NCBI GenBank assembly: GCA_003697105.1
Contig: RFFQ01000040.1
Location: 1-41,989, forward strand
DNA length: 41,989 nt
Direction: 5' to 3'
DNA from: Gemmatimonadota bacterium
Lineage (GTDB): Bacteria > 4572-55 > J002
Within the stretch, counting starts at the first letter, position 1. The number at the start of each line of letters is the position of its first letter. The translations under genes and the position numbers were made by a program. The notes below the pieces were generated by a model, which was not told the DNA's origin, searched no databases, and saw nothing but the letters and a program-made list of their open reading frames with translations. Shown in pieces: positions 16,970-27,200 of this stretch.

Positions 16970-19900
16970 TTAATATTCGCCGGAGAGCGTCCGGAAATAG
17001 GATTTGATAAGTTCTTCGTACTGTGGTGGATAGCCTTCTTGAATTGCCCGAAGCAAGTCTTCTCGTAAGGTACTTTTGGGTTCGCCTTTATCGGGCGGAA
17101 GTACCGGAGGACTCGTACGTTCCACCTGTTGACCGGTTTTAGACTTCCGGCGTTTGCTGTAATCCTGCTTGCGAAGGCTTCGTTGGGTATCTAACAGACG
17201 GGTCATGATCTTTTGTTGGCGGTCTAGTGTTTCCTGATCGATGTTCTGCTGCTGCAGGTCTTTCATAATCTCATCCATTTCTCCGGCGAGGTCATCGATT
17301 CGACCCAGAATATCTCCATGCTCTGCCATCTCTTTTGCCAGTTCTTCAACACTTTTTTTCACCGCTTCTTGTTCTGCCGCCAGCCGTGCCATTGCCGCTC
17401 GGGCTTCTGCGCTCAGTTGTCCGTCTTGTCCCATCATCTGCTGCAAACCTTGCATACCTTCCCCAATCTGTTGCTGTTGTCCCGCCATATTTTGCAATTG
17501 TTGCATCAGTTGTTGCATTCCACTGGCAGATTGCCCACCTTGCATCTGTTGTTGCATATTTTCAGCAGATTTCATCAGTTCGATGATAGCGGCATTCACA
17601 CTGGCGGTTGCCTCCCGGACAAAGGTAATGGCGTTCCGCCCGCGCCGTTCCACAAGTTGGTTTTGAGTTTCATCCATTTTATCCAGAGCTTCCCCCAGAT
17701 GTTTCCCAATCGCCGGACTGATCATCATACTCTTTTTGGACATTTCAAAAATTTCATCGGTAACCCGGGCGGTGCCATTTCGCAAAATCTGTTGCCAATC
17801 GGCTAAATCGGTATATGTGTCGTAAGTACGCCCTTGTAACCGTTGAATCTCATTACCTAAATTTTCCTCCTCATCGGAGATATGAAGTAAGTCTCGGATA
17901 GCATCTTGCAGACCTGCCATCATCTGTTGCATGCTTTGCATTTGCATTTGTTGTTGCATGTCTTGCAGTTGCTCACTCAGGTCTAGCAATTGACGCATAA
18001 TTTCTTGCTGGGTTTGTTGGGCTTCTTGGGGTTCACCCTGTTGCATCTGCTGGCTACTCTGCTGCATTTGACCGGACAGTTGCTGGTGTTGCATTTGCTG
18101 GGCAAGTTGTTGCATTTGCTGGGCGAGGTCTGATAAGCCGTTTTCTTGCATCATTTGGGCAAGTTCTTCCAATTCCTTTTGTAAGGCGTCGGTCTCTTCC
18201 GCAATTCGCTCTTGATCTTGAGCTAACTCATCTAACTGATTTTGATCGCCGTTTTTTTCTGCTTCTTGCGTACCTTCATTGACCTCATTTTGCTGGCGGG
18301 TCAGCTCCTGTGCTTTTTGTACGGCGGCATCCATTTTTTGTTCCATTTGGATTTGCTTGAGCAAGCCCAACGTGCGTTCGAGCCGTTCCATATATTCTTC
18401 TTGGGTCAAGCTCATATTTTCCATGGCTTTTTGAATTTCGTTCGGATCAAGCTCTTGCATCGCCTCTTGCAATTTTTCCATCGCTTCTTTCATTTCGTCC
18501 GTGGCGATCTCTTCCATCAACTGCTGAACTTCTTCCATTTTTTCCAGCATTTCTAGGGTGGCGGCTTCATTCTGTTCCAGCTTTTCGACCGTTTCTTCCA
18601 ACGATTTGGAAAGTTCCTCAACTTTTTGGGCGAGTTCTTGCTGTTTTTTCAATGCATTTTCCACACTTTTTTTCTGCTCGTATGTCATATCTGGATTTTT
18701 TAAGAGTTCCCGAGCCACATCATCCAGTTGTTCTTTAATATCACGGCTTTCTTCCAGAATTTCTTCGGCATCATCAATTTGATCATCTTGTTGTTCGGCA
18801 ACTTCATCATAAATTTCCATGAGGGATGGGACCCGTGCCGTATAGGTCGGGCTAACCGACCGTTTCGGTCCCGAAACAGTATCATTGTCGTACACCTCAA
18901 CATAATAGATGATAACATCTTCCGGCAGAAGCATAAATTCATTTAAGTCCCACGTAAATTGGTGTGATACCTCCGTTTTAGCTTGACCATCGGTCAATGG
19001 CATCATCTGCTCTTGACCATCATCATTGAGTTTATATTTTAAGTTGATATGGCGTATTCCGTAATCATCCGCCGCCGAAATCCAAACCGGTAGTCTCAAA
19101 TCATTGGTTAAATCAATATCTTGCTCCGGTTCAATGATGCGCACCACCGGATATTCATCCTCCAACACATTAATTTTATATTGAACCGGATTGACACTTT
19201 CCGCATTCAGATAATCCATTAGTTCAATATGGTACGATGTTTCCTCGGTGATAAGAATTTGACGCTTAGCCGAGCGGGCGGTTTGGAGTTTCATTGCTAA
19301 TTGTTCTCCGTTGGCAAAGACAAGAGCCGCCCGGCGGAGCGGATTGTTGGATGTCACGGTTACCCACACCATTGTACCTTTGATGGCGGTAATGTCACCG
19401 TTATTTTCCTCCACCACTTTTTCTGGAATACCGGTGTAGGCCGGGTAAAAATATTCCAGTTTGATGCCGGTGACCAGTGGAAATTCATTGACGGTCACCT
19501 GATAGATGGGGGACGTTACGTGATCCGCTTGCACCGTATAGAAAAAACTCCGTTCAACGCCCTCAATCGTACCGGAAAACAACCGGTCATCCTCCGAAGC
19601 CAACTCTAGCTGATTTTTTAGGGTAGCCGGTGTACGCCCGTATCGCACGCTGACGGTAGCCGGCACTACATTGCCAATCTCAGCGCTCACCGGAACGGAT
19701 GCGCCCCGGACCACCTCGGCATTACCCGGCAATACACGCAAAATTTGAGGTTGGGGTTTTTGGTCTGGCTGTAGCGCAGGATTTAAAAACAGTGCCCACG
19801 ATTGGCGAAATTGATGCGGGAACACCGCTCCAAAAATCAATAAAAACACCAACACCGCGCTCAAATAGCGTCCGTATTTCCAGAGTGATTGCGTATTTAC

Positions 19901-20341
19901 GATGCGCTTAAAATCAACGTTTTCCGTAGCGTGCACCGATCTTTGGAACGCGGCATCGAGCAAAGCAGAGGAATACGGGTTCGATTCAGCTTGCCGCACC
20001 CGCCATAACTGTAACGCATTGATAACATTGTTCCCTAACGTTGGAAAATGATGTTCCACCCGTAAGGCAATTCGTTCTAATGACCGGTTTTGAAGCAGAG
20101 GACGCACTAAAAAGGTAATCAAGGCATAGCTAACCCCACTAAGGGTAAGCCCTAAATAGAGGTAACGCAACAAGGAGGGTAAGGGGAAAATCGTGTTTAC
20201 AATCAAAGCAAACCCAGTAAAACAGCCAAAGACTAGCAGCAACAACACCATTCCGCGGACTGACGTGATGGCAATATCATACCGGCGTACGGCGGCTAGC
20301 CGCTGAATAAGAGTGCGGTACAGGGTTTCATTTTGATGCAT
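16970..20341 (-). CDS. DUF4175-like membrane-anchored protein with Ig-like domains and a long Q/E/M-rich coiled coil
   Basis: Three N-terminal TM helices, YPAYTG, ADDYGI, YYVEVYDND..SGPK and C-terminal YPPQYEELIKSYF. GGAGG RBS. Confidence 0.8.
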   Translation of the reverse strand: MHQNETLYRTLIQRLAAVRRYDIAITSVRGMVLLLLVFGCFTGFALIVNTIFPLPSLLRYLYLGLTLSGVSYALITFLVRPLLQNRSLERIALRVEHHFPTLGNNVINALQLWRVRQAESNPYSSALLDAAFQRSVHATENVDFKRIVNTQSLWKYGRYLSAVLVFLLIFGAVFPHQFRQSWALFLNPALQPDQKPQPQILRVLPGNAEVVRGASVPVSAEIGNVVPATVSVRYGRTPATLKNQLELASEDDRLFSGTIEGVERSFFYTVQADHVTSPIYQVTVNEFPLVTGIKLEYFYPAYTGIPEKVVEENNGDITAIKGTMVWVTVTSNNPLRRAALVFANGEQLAMKLQTARSAKRQILITEETSYHIELMDYLNAESVNPVQYKINVLEDEYPVVRIIEPEQDIDLTNDLRLPVWISAADDYGIRHINLKYKLNDDGQEQMMPLTDGQAKTEVSHQFTWDLNEFMLLPEDVIIYYVEVYDNDTVSGPKRSVSPTYTARVPSLMEIYDEVAEQQDDQIDDAEEILEESRDIKEQLDDVARELLKNPDMTYEQKKSVENALKKQQELAQKVEELSKSLEETVEKLEQNEAATLEMLEKMEEVQQLMEEIATDEMKEAMEKLQEAMQELDPNEIQKAMENMSLTQEEYMERLERTLGLLKQIQMEQKMDAAVQKAQELTRQQNEVNEGTQEAEKNGDQNQLDELAQDQERIAEETDALQKELEELAQMMQENGLSDLAQQMQQLAQQMQHQQLSGQMQQSSQQMQQGEPQEAQQTQQEIMRQLLDLSEQLQDMQQQMQMQSMQQMMAGLQDAIRDLLHISDEEENLGNEIQRLQGRTYDTYTDLADWQQILRNGTARVTDEIFEMSKKSMMISPAIGKHLGEALDKMDETQNQLVERRGRNAITFVREATASVNAAIIELMKSAENMQQQMQGGQSASGMQQLMQQLQNMAGQQQQIGEGMQGLQQMMGQDGQLSAEARAAMARLAAEQEAVKKSVEELAKEMAEHGDILGRIDDLAGEMDEIMKDLQQQNIDQETLDRQQKIMTRLLDTQRSLRKQDYSKRRKSKTGQQVERTSPPVLPPDKGEPKSTLREDLLRAIQEGYPPQYEELIKSYFRTLSGEY

Positions 20342-20554
20342 GTAACCTCCGAATAGTCATGAAAATATAAAGACAACTCTAAATTTTTCAGGAACTTAGG
20401 CTAATAAGTTTATGGGATATTTCAGGTAAGCTGCTGATGATAAACCGGTTAAGACAATTACCACGGGGTTCTATCTTAAATTGGTTAGCATGGTCGGAGT
20501 CTCAAAAGCGAGGTAAAAGTACAAGGTAACCCTAGTACTGTCAACAAAAAAGTG

Positions 20555-20584
20555 TTGACAAAACCGCGTGGGATATGGTATTGT
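20555..20584 (+). promoter_or_regulatory. sigma70-type promoter for HU
   Basis: TTGACA-N18-TATTGT with TG extension. The -35 is one arm of the palindrome TGTCAACA-N6-TGTTGACA. Confidence 0.6.
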
Positions 20585-20635
20585 GCGGTGTCGAATTTAT
20601 CTAATTTTAATAAAAGAGGAGGTGACACAGACATA

Positions 20636-20908
20636 ATGAAGAAACAAGATTTCGTCAGCAAAGTGGCCGAACAAACCGGGTTGACCAAAAAGCAATCCGA
20701 AGCGGCGGTTAACGCTGTACTGGATACCATCAAAGACGCCCTTTCCCAAGGAGAAAAAGTGTCGTTTGTTGGGTTTGGTACGTTCATGGTGGTTGAACGA
20801 AGCGCCCGTAAAGGGAAAAATCCCCGAACCGGTGATACCATCGAAATTCCGGCGAAAAAAGTTCCGGTATTCCGCGCGGGTAAAGCACTTAAGGATTCGG
20901 CGGCGTAA
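20636..20908 (+). CDS. hup: DNA-binding protein HU
   Basis: [16 protein letters not shown] and [12 protein letters not shown]. The GGAGGTGA RBS supports the ATG at 20636. Confidence 0.95.
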   Translation: MKKQDFVSKVAEQTGLTKKQSEAAVNAVLDTIKDALSQGEKVSFVGFGTFMVVERSARKGKNPRTGDTIEIPAKKVPVFRAGKALKDSAA

Positions 20909-20919
20909 CCTAATGATGG

Positions 20920-20949
20920 TTGGCGAGCAGATGGTATACTGCTCGCCAA
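20920..20949. terminator. Hairpin after hup (terminator-like, no U-tract)
   Basis: TTGGCGAGCAG-N8-CTGCTCGCCAA. Confidence 0.45.
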
Positions 20950-20975
20950 AACTCATGTAACAAATAAAAAAGCTC

Positions 20976-21004
20976 TTGACAGGAGACCTTTCCCGAAGTA
21001 GCTT
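20976..21004 (+). promoter_or_regulatory. sigma70-type promoter for the IHF-bS22-tRNA unit
   Basis: TTGACA-N17-TAGCTT preceded by an A-rich UP-like tract. Confidence 0.55.
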
Positions 21005-21124
21005 CCCCCCTCTGAAAATCAGATATATCTATTTCGATCCATCTGAAACATCGATTTGAGAGTTGGGACGATAAAAATCAGCATGATTGCCGTTTTTAAT
21101 GATAGGTTTTAAGGAGTGAAATCA

Positions 21125-21403
21125 ATGACAAAAGCCGAACTGGTCGATCAAGTATCCGAAGAAACCGGATTTACCAAAAAAGACAGTGCTGACATTGTAA
21201 ATGCCTTTTTAGATATTGTCATCGATACGTTGAGCAAAGGTCAAGGGATTGAAATTCGGGGTTTTGGTAGCTTCAAAGTCAAAAAACGAGACCAACGCGT
21301 TGCCCGCAATCCCAGAACAGGAGAGTCTGTGATTGTCCCCGCGAAATCAGTACCGGTGTTTAAGCCCTCAAAAGATTTGAAATCCATGGTTAGTCAACTT
21401 TAA
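21125..21403 (+). CDS. Integration host factor/HU family protein (IHF-beta-like)
   Basis: MTKAELV, IEIRGFGSF, ARNPRTGE and VPVFKPSK. AAGGAG RBS. Confidence 0.9.
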   Translation: MTKAELVDQVSEETGFTKKDSADIVNAFLDIVIDTLSKGQGIEIRGFGSFKVKKRDQRVARNPRTGESVIVPAKSVPVFKPSKDLKSMVSQL

Positions 21404-21426
21404 ATGATGTGAAGGAGGTAGGAACG

Positions 21427-21519
21427 TTGCCCTGCGGAAGAAAACGAAAACGACATAAAATCAATACGCACAAACGTAAAAAACGCTTACGTAAGAATCG
21501 CCATAAGAAGAAGAAGTAA
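21427..21519 (+). CDS. Small basic ribosomal protein bS22/mS38-like (AURKAIP1/COX24 domain), 30 aa
   Basis: TTG start after AAGGAGGT. Reads MPCGRKRKRHKINTHKRKKRLRKNRHKKKK*. Absent from the ORF track. Confidence 0.88.
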   Translation: MPCGRKRKRHKINTHKRKKRLRKNRHKKKK

Positions 21520-21535
21520 GATGAATTAAAGCGGT

Positions 21536-21612
21536 GCGCCCGTAGCTCAGTTGGATAGAGCGTCAGATTCCGGATCTGAAGGTCGTGCGTTCGAATCGCG
21601 CCGGGCGTACCA
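21536..21612 (+). tRNA. tRNA-Arg(CCG)
   Basis: Acceptor GCGCCCG/CGGGCGT, D-arm GCTC/GAGC, anticodon arm TCAGA-TTCCGGA-TCTGA, GTTCGAATC T-loop and encoded CCA. Confidence 0.97.
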
Positions 21613-21622
21613 CTCACACAAT

Positions 21623-21657
21623 AAACCCCCTAACCCAACAACCGGTTAGGGGGTTTT
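21623..21657. terminator. Likely bidirectional intrinsic terminator
   Basis: AAACCCCCTAACC-N8-GGTTAGGGGGTTTT between the tRNA and the convergent TPR gene. Confidence 0.78.
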
Positions 21658-21697
21658 GTATTAGCGTCATTTATCCGTTGGTATGCCTTACCGTATA

Positions 21698-24016
21698 TTA
21701 GCGGGTCATTTCAGCACCCAATCGCATTTTTAGCTCTTCCACCGCCGGCGGTAGATAGCGAATCACCCAAATATCAGCATTCCCATCCTGTGTTGCCGTG
21801 TATGCCAACCAATGTCCATCCGGTGACCAAGCCGGATGATCCACGGTTTCCGCCGCCAACCGCAGTTGTTGAATAACCCCAGAGTCACGTTCCCACATGT
21901 AAAACTGACCGTCAGCGGCAATCCATAACTGATTGAGGGTCGGATGCCATGCCAGCGCCGTAATTGCAGAAAAAGAAGCCGTTATGTGCTGGCGAGTTCG
22001 ATCCACAAGCGGAACAACGGTTACCACCGGCTTACCTGCCGGATACGAAACCACAGCGAACCGGTCTCCTTTCGGATGCCACGCCGGATGGGATTCCACA
22101 GAATCGATAGGGGTTAACCGGATGAGGCTTCCATCCGCAACCCGAACCGCTTGGATGTGGGGCAACGGATTCCCTTTAGTGGTGAAGGCAACCAGCGTAT
22201 CGGCGGCACTCCATGCTGGAACTCCTTTAATGTCTAAGCGATGCGTCAACGGTTGAGGGAATACTGGCACGGTAGTTAAATCCGCCAACCATAAATCAAT
22301 CGATTGATGTTTATCCGAGATAAAAACCAGTTGGTCACCACGATGCGATACCACTCCCGCCCACTGATTCGCGGTCTCCTCCGGGAAAACGCGATCCGGT
22401 TGCGGCACATCAAAAGGGGTTTGCCACAAAGCGATCCGGTTCTGCCGGAACGAGGTAAAAATAAGCGTCCGGTTATCCCCGCGCCAGGTGGGGTAGAGAT
22501 CATTCGCCTCATCTGTAGTAACCCGAAACTGGTAAAAACGCTCCCGTACGGTCTGAAAGATAGGTTCTACCAACGCGGGATCGCTTTCTAACGCGGAAAG
22601 ATAACAGACATAGGCGGAGTCATTGCCGAGTGCGTCATAGGCTAAACCCACCTCATAAAACGGTTCCCCAAAGGACGGGCTGTTTCCGAACCGTTTCCCT
22701 TGAAACAGTGTAGCCACGCATTCGGAGAGTCGCTGCTGCTCCAAAAACTGTTGAGCTTGAACCGCATAAAATGTAGCAATATCATGATGCCAACGAGGGC
22801 TGATCTGGTACGATTTTTCAAAACAAATCACGGCCTGATCCGGTTCTGCCCGTTGAAACGCCGCACGACCGGCATCGTAATAGGCAAACCCCACCTGATC
22901 CCGCCAAATATCGCTGTTACCAGTGAGGGCTAAAAGCAAATGGAAACAGCTATCGGCAAGTGCATAATCGGTGTGAGTGGTGTCCAAATAAGTCTTACCC
23001 GCATTCAAATACGCCCACGGCACCCACTCCTGCCGGACGAGGGTACTATCCAGCGTATTGATTGCCTGCTCAAAACAAAATTGGGCGATGTCCAGCCGTT
23101 TTTGTGCCGGATTCAGGTAAATTGTACCGCCTTTCACATAGGTTTCCGCCGCAAGTTGTCGCCAACGAGGGTTCACACTTAGTGTTAAGGCTCGCTTCAA
23201 AAAACGATCGGCCTGCTGGACATCACGGTGCTCGAAAGCCCATTGCCCAGCACTGAGAAATCCGGCGGCGAGTTCTTCTTTCCAAAGCGCATCCTCAAGA
23301 GACAACGTCTCCAAATGAGAATCCAGCGTATCAAAATGCGCTAAGGCTTGGGCGATATTCCCTGCTTTGTATTGGCTACGCCCTAGAATCAGGTGCATAC
23401 CACCGGTTGGGGATTCGCGTTCTGAAAAGAATTTTTGTGCCTCATCAGCGGTTTTCATCGCGAGTGCCAGTGAATCTTGTTGCAAGTAGCGTACAGCAAT
23501 ATACCAATAGGTCCATTTGCTGGTGGGCGGTTCTGCCAGAATGTTATGGACCCAGTTGTGCCCATCCGGCATGTCCATAACGGCATTAATTCGCTCCTGT
23601 AGTTGCCGCCGGAGCTGAAAATTATCGGAAGTGTACAAAAAAGCTTTATCCAGATTCAATATAGCTTTATCAAACGCCTGTAATGCAAAATAGCTGTGGG
23701 CTAATGCCTCATAAACCTCAACCCGAAAGGGATCGATTTGCCGTGCGGTATGAAAATGCTCTAGGGCGGCATGATAGTCGGGCGGTTGGCGACGGATCAA
23801 GCAGTTGCCCCATTTCAGGTGAATGGCAAACCGGACGGAATCTGGCAAATGGGGGTCTGCCAATGCCGTCTCAAACTGAGAAATCATTTGCCCACAATCC
23901 GTCATGGAATCCGTCCCAGCGAAAGCCGGATGATGGGGTGCCTGTGCAAACGCCATTTCTCCCCCCACCAACAGCCCCAATAGAATCAACCCCGGTATAT
24001 ATTGCCGTATCATCAT
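21698..24016 (-). CDS. Exported TPR-repeat protein with C-terminal TolB-like (PD40) beta-propeller
   Basis: Signal peptide ending AFA-Q, helical TPR-like repeats, then PTWRGD, PAWSAAD, PAWHPKGD and PAWSPDG repeats. The promoter at 24070-24098 argues for a start at 24016. Confidence 0.78.
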   Translation of the reverse strand: MMIRQYIPGLILLGLLVGGEMAFAQAPHHPAFAGTDSMTDCGQMISQFETALADPHLPDSVRFAIHLKWGNCLIRRQPPDYHAALEHFHTARQIDPFRVEVYEALAHSYFALQAFDKAILNLDKAFLYTSDNFQLRRQLQERINAVMDMPDGHNWVHNILAEPPTSKWTYWYIAVRYLQQDSLALAMKTADEAQKFFSERESPTGGMHLILGRSQYKAGNIAQALAHFDTLDSHLETLSLEDALWKEELAAGFLSAGQWAFEHRDVQQADRFLKRALTLSVNPRWRQLAAETYVKGGTIYLNPAQKRLDIAQFCFEQAINTLDSTLVRQEWVPWAYLNAGKTYLDTTHTDYALADSCFHLLLALTGNSDIWRDQVGFAYYDAGRAAFQRAEPDQAVICFEKSYQISPRWHHDIATFYAVQAQQFLEQQRLSECVATLFQGKRFGNSPSFGEPFYEVGLAYDALGNDSAYVCYLSALESDPALVEPIFQTVRERFYQFRVTTDEANDLYPTWRGDNRTLIFTSFRQNRIALWQTPFDVPQPDRVFPEETANQWAGVVSHRGDQLVFISDKHQSIDLWLADLTTVPVFPQPLTHRLDIKGVPAWSAADTLVAFTTKGNPLPHIQAVRVADGSLIRLTPIDSVESHPAWHPKGDRFAVVSYPAGKPVVTVVPLVDRTRQHITASFSAITALAWHPTLNQLWIAADGQFYMWERDSGVIQQLRLAAETVDHPAWSPDGHWLAYTATQDGNADIWVIRYLPPAVEELKMRLGAEMTR

Positions 24017-24069
24017 GACATATCCCCAATCGATTAACTTGAAAAAAAACAATAAATTACACGCAATTA

Positions 24070-24098
24070 ATTGTACCGTAAATCCCAAATGCTGTCAA
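24070..24098 (-). promoter_or_regulatory. sigma70-type promoter for the TPR/TolB gene
   Basis: Minus strand TTGACA-N17-TACAAT. Confidence 0.7.
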
Positions 24099-24201
24099 CA
24101 GGTTTGTCAGGGTGGGCGTGGTGGGATGAGTCTTCGCACCAGATGCCCTTCTTTTCTGAAACGGCACCTGTTGGCATCCTTTTAAAATAGCCAAATTTTA
24201 C

Positions 24202-24230
24202 TTGCCTTCTGTAGGGGCATGTGATATAGT
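24202..24230 (+). promoter_or_regulatory. sigma70-type promoter for the S8 peptidase
   Basis: TTGCCT-N17-TATAGT with TG extension. Confidence 0.6.
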
Positions 24231-24271
24231 TCTAACCCAAATTTTGACCCCTATTCACATGAGGTAATTTT

Positions 24272-27200
24272 ATGCCTAAAACGATGCAACGAACGGTACT
24301 TACAGTACTTTCTCTACTATTGGTACTTGGATCGCTTCACGCCGCGGAGATTCTTCCCGGTAAGATGGTAGTTAAATTCAAAGACCCGCAACTCCGCGCC
24401 ACAACCCTCGCCGAACTCAACCCCCTCACAGCGGCTCCGGCGTTCCCCCACTTTAGCTCTCGACACCCGCTAGCCCGTATTTACACGCTGACCTTCCCGG
24501 AATCAACGGATATTGAAACTCTGACCGGGCGCCTCGCCACAGATGCCAATATCGAATATGCAGAACCACTGTACGTCCATCACACCTATCGATTAAGCCA
24601 GCCAGCGGATTTACGGCAGTGCCGACCCAATGATGAATATGCGAATCTGGACCCCGAAGACCCCGAATACCAGTGGGCGTTGGATAAAATGGAAATGTTC
24701 GAGGCGTGGTGTACCACCACCGGTGACCCCAATGTTCTGATTGCGATTATCGATACCGGAATGGATATGGATCACCCCGATCTGGTGGATCAGTATTATG
24801 TAAATCCCAATGAGATTGAAAATGGCATTGATGATGATCAAAATGGACTGGTGGATGATCTGACCGGCTGGGATTTGGTGGATGGGGATAATGATCCTCA
24901 AGGTACGGCAACACATGGCACAATGGTGGGCGGAATTGCCAGTGCCGTGACCAATAACAGCATCGGTATTGCCGGTATCGGATACAGTTGCGCCTTGTTG
25001 CCAATCCGGGCGGGACAAAGTACAGACATCACATTTGGCTATCAAGGGATACTCTATGCGGCAGTGATGGGCGCCGACATCATCAATTGTAGTTGGGGGC
25101 GGTCCGGACGCTACAGTCACTTTGAAAATGATATTTTGCAAACGGTTACGGAGATGGGGTCTCTCGTCATTGCCGCCGCCGGTAATGAGGGAACAGACGC
25201 ATTGCATTGGCCCGCCGCCTATGAAAATGTGCTCAGTGTAGGAAATACCAATGAAAACGATGTACTGGTCAGCAATTCCAATTATGGCACGTGGTTGGAT
25301 GTGTGCGCGCCGGGAGCCTCGATTCGCACGACTCACGTAAACGGTGGGTACACCACCAGCGGGGGAACATCCCTTGCCGCCCCCCAAGTTGCCGGTCTGG
25401 CGGGGTTGGTCAAAAGTCTGCATCCAGATTGGACACCCCAGCAGATTGCCGCCCAAATTATTGCCACCGCAGACCCGATTGACTCGTTTAATCTGGAACA
25501 ACTTGCCGGAAAACTGGGTTCTGGACGGGTGAATGGACGCCGTGCCGTAACTGAAACTACCGAGTTTGTCCGCTATGAACACTACCAGATTAATGACCCC
25601 GACGGTGATGGCGTGGTGGAACGCAATGAACTGGAACAATCCCTAGAACTTGCCGTTACCTTGCGTAGCCTGCTCAGTGATGTTCCTAATGTGACCGGGA
25701 CACTTACCACAAACGATGAATTTGTGAGCATCACGGATGGCTCGGCGACGTTTGGCACACTGGTTCAAAATCAATTGCAGAGCAATGACGCCGATCCTTT
25801 CCAAATAGTTGCTTCTGTTACCACTCCCAACCACCACCGGGTTGAGTTTGAGCTGGAAATCACGGCAGATGGAGGCTTTCACACGACGGATCGATTCGCG
25901 ATCTACCTCAAACCTTCTTATCGCCAACACCGGGTCGGTGCGATTGATTGTGCCGTTTCGGATCGGGGTGTAAGTGGTTGGGGTTACCTTGCCAGTAACG
26001 ATCTGGAAGTGATCGGTATGCGCTATCCTCAAGACCGCCCATGGGATTTTGGGTTTGGGGGTTCTTTAGTTGTCGGAGCCAGTGTGGATTGGATGGCAGA
26101 AGGCTATGGGAATAATACAAGCGACCCCAACGCTTGGACAACAACCGCCGATGGAAGTTTGATCCTTTCCAGCTCTGAACAAGCCGATGAAAGCGGCATT
26201 GCGGTATATGAGGCGGAAAGTGCCGCCGGCGAGAGTTATCGCGTCACACAAACCACCTTCGCCTGGGCAGATGCACCCAACAATGATTTTGTGATTTACC
26301 GCTTTCGCCTCCGCAACACGGGTGAACATCCACTAACCAACGTCCACGCCGGTTATTTTTGGGATTTTGATGTCCCCGGCGATATTTACGGTTTCTCAGA
26401 AAATCTGGCAGATTTTGATGAGGCGCTGGACGTGGGCTATGCGTACCATGCCACCCGGGATACCTTACCCTACGCCGGTTTGCAACTGCTCAGCGAGACG
26501 GCGTATGCCTTCCGGGTGATTAGTAATTCCACAGATGTGTACCCGACGGGTGATATTTCCGACCGGAAATTATATGAATATCTGGGGGTGAACGAGCCAA
26601 TCATCCAAAGCCAGCCCATGGATTTGAGCTTACTGCTGGGAGTGGCTCCCTTTGACTTGGCGGTTGGAGAAGCAAAAGACCTCGCGTTTGCCTTTCTTGC
26701 CGGGGATGACCTCGCCGATCTGCAAGCGAACGCTCAAGCCGCCCGCGAGATTTATAGCACACTGACCATCCCAGATTTGGTCGTCACGCCCGAATCGTAT
26801 GATTTTGGGGTCGTGCCGGTCGGCGAAAATCGCACTGCCACCTTTACCCTACGGAATGAAGGCACCGCCGACCTCACAATTGACCAAATTACGATTACCG
26901 GCACTCACGCCACAGCATTTGAGCTGACTCGCGGCGGAAATACCACCCTCCTAACGCCCAACCAATCCGCCGAACTGGACGTTCAATTTAGCCCGATCCA
27001 ATCCGGTATGCACAATGCCCAAGTGGTGATTCAAGTGGGGAATAGCTCGGAGGCCATCCTGTTGGGCGGCATCGGTTTGAGCGAGAATGAAGCCGTTTTG
27101 CAAATTGAACCGGAACAACTCGATTTCGGCGCCGTTTTACTGGGCACGACCGTTACCAAACAGTTAGTTCTTACAAATGCCGGTAATACGGATTTAAGCA

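Noticed and set aside
17400-18700. Dense CAG/CAA-type repeats (TTGCTG, TTGCAT runs)
   Set aside because: Explained by the Q/M/E-rich coiled coil of the DUF4175 protein; not a DNA repeat array.
21536-21657. Island integrated at tRNA-Arg(CCG)
   Set aside because: The tRNA is followed directly by a terminator and a host-like gene. I saw no duplicated 3' end or integrase.
24611-25639. 342-aa minus-strand ORF
   Set aside because: Antisense shadow of the S8 catalytic domain, with no recognisable motifs. The same applies to the long antisense ORFs inside icd, the fusion gene, the HDAC and DUF499.
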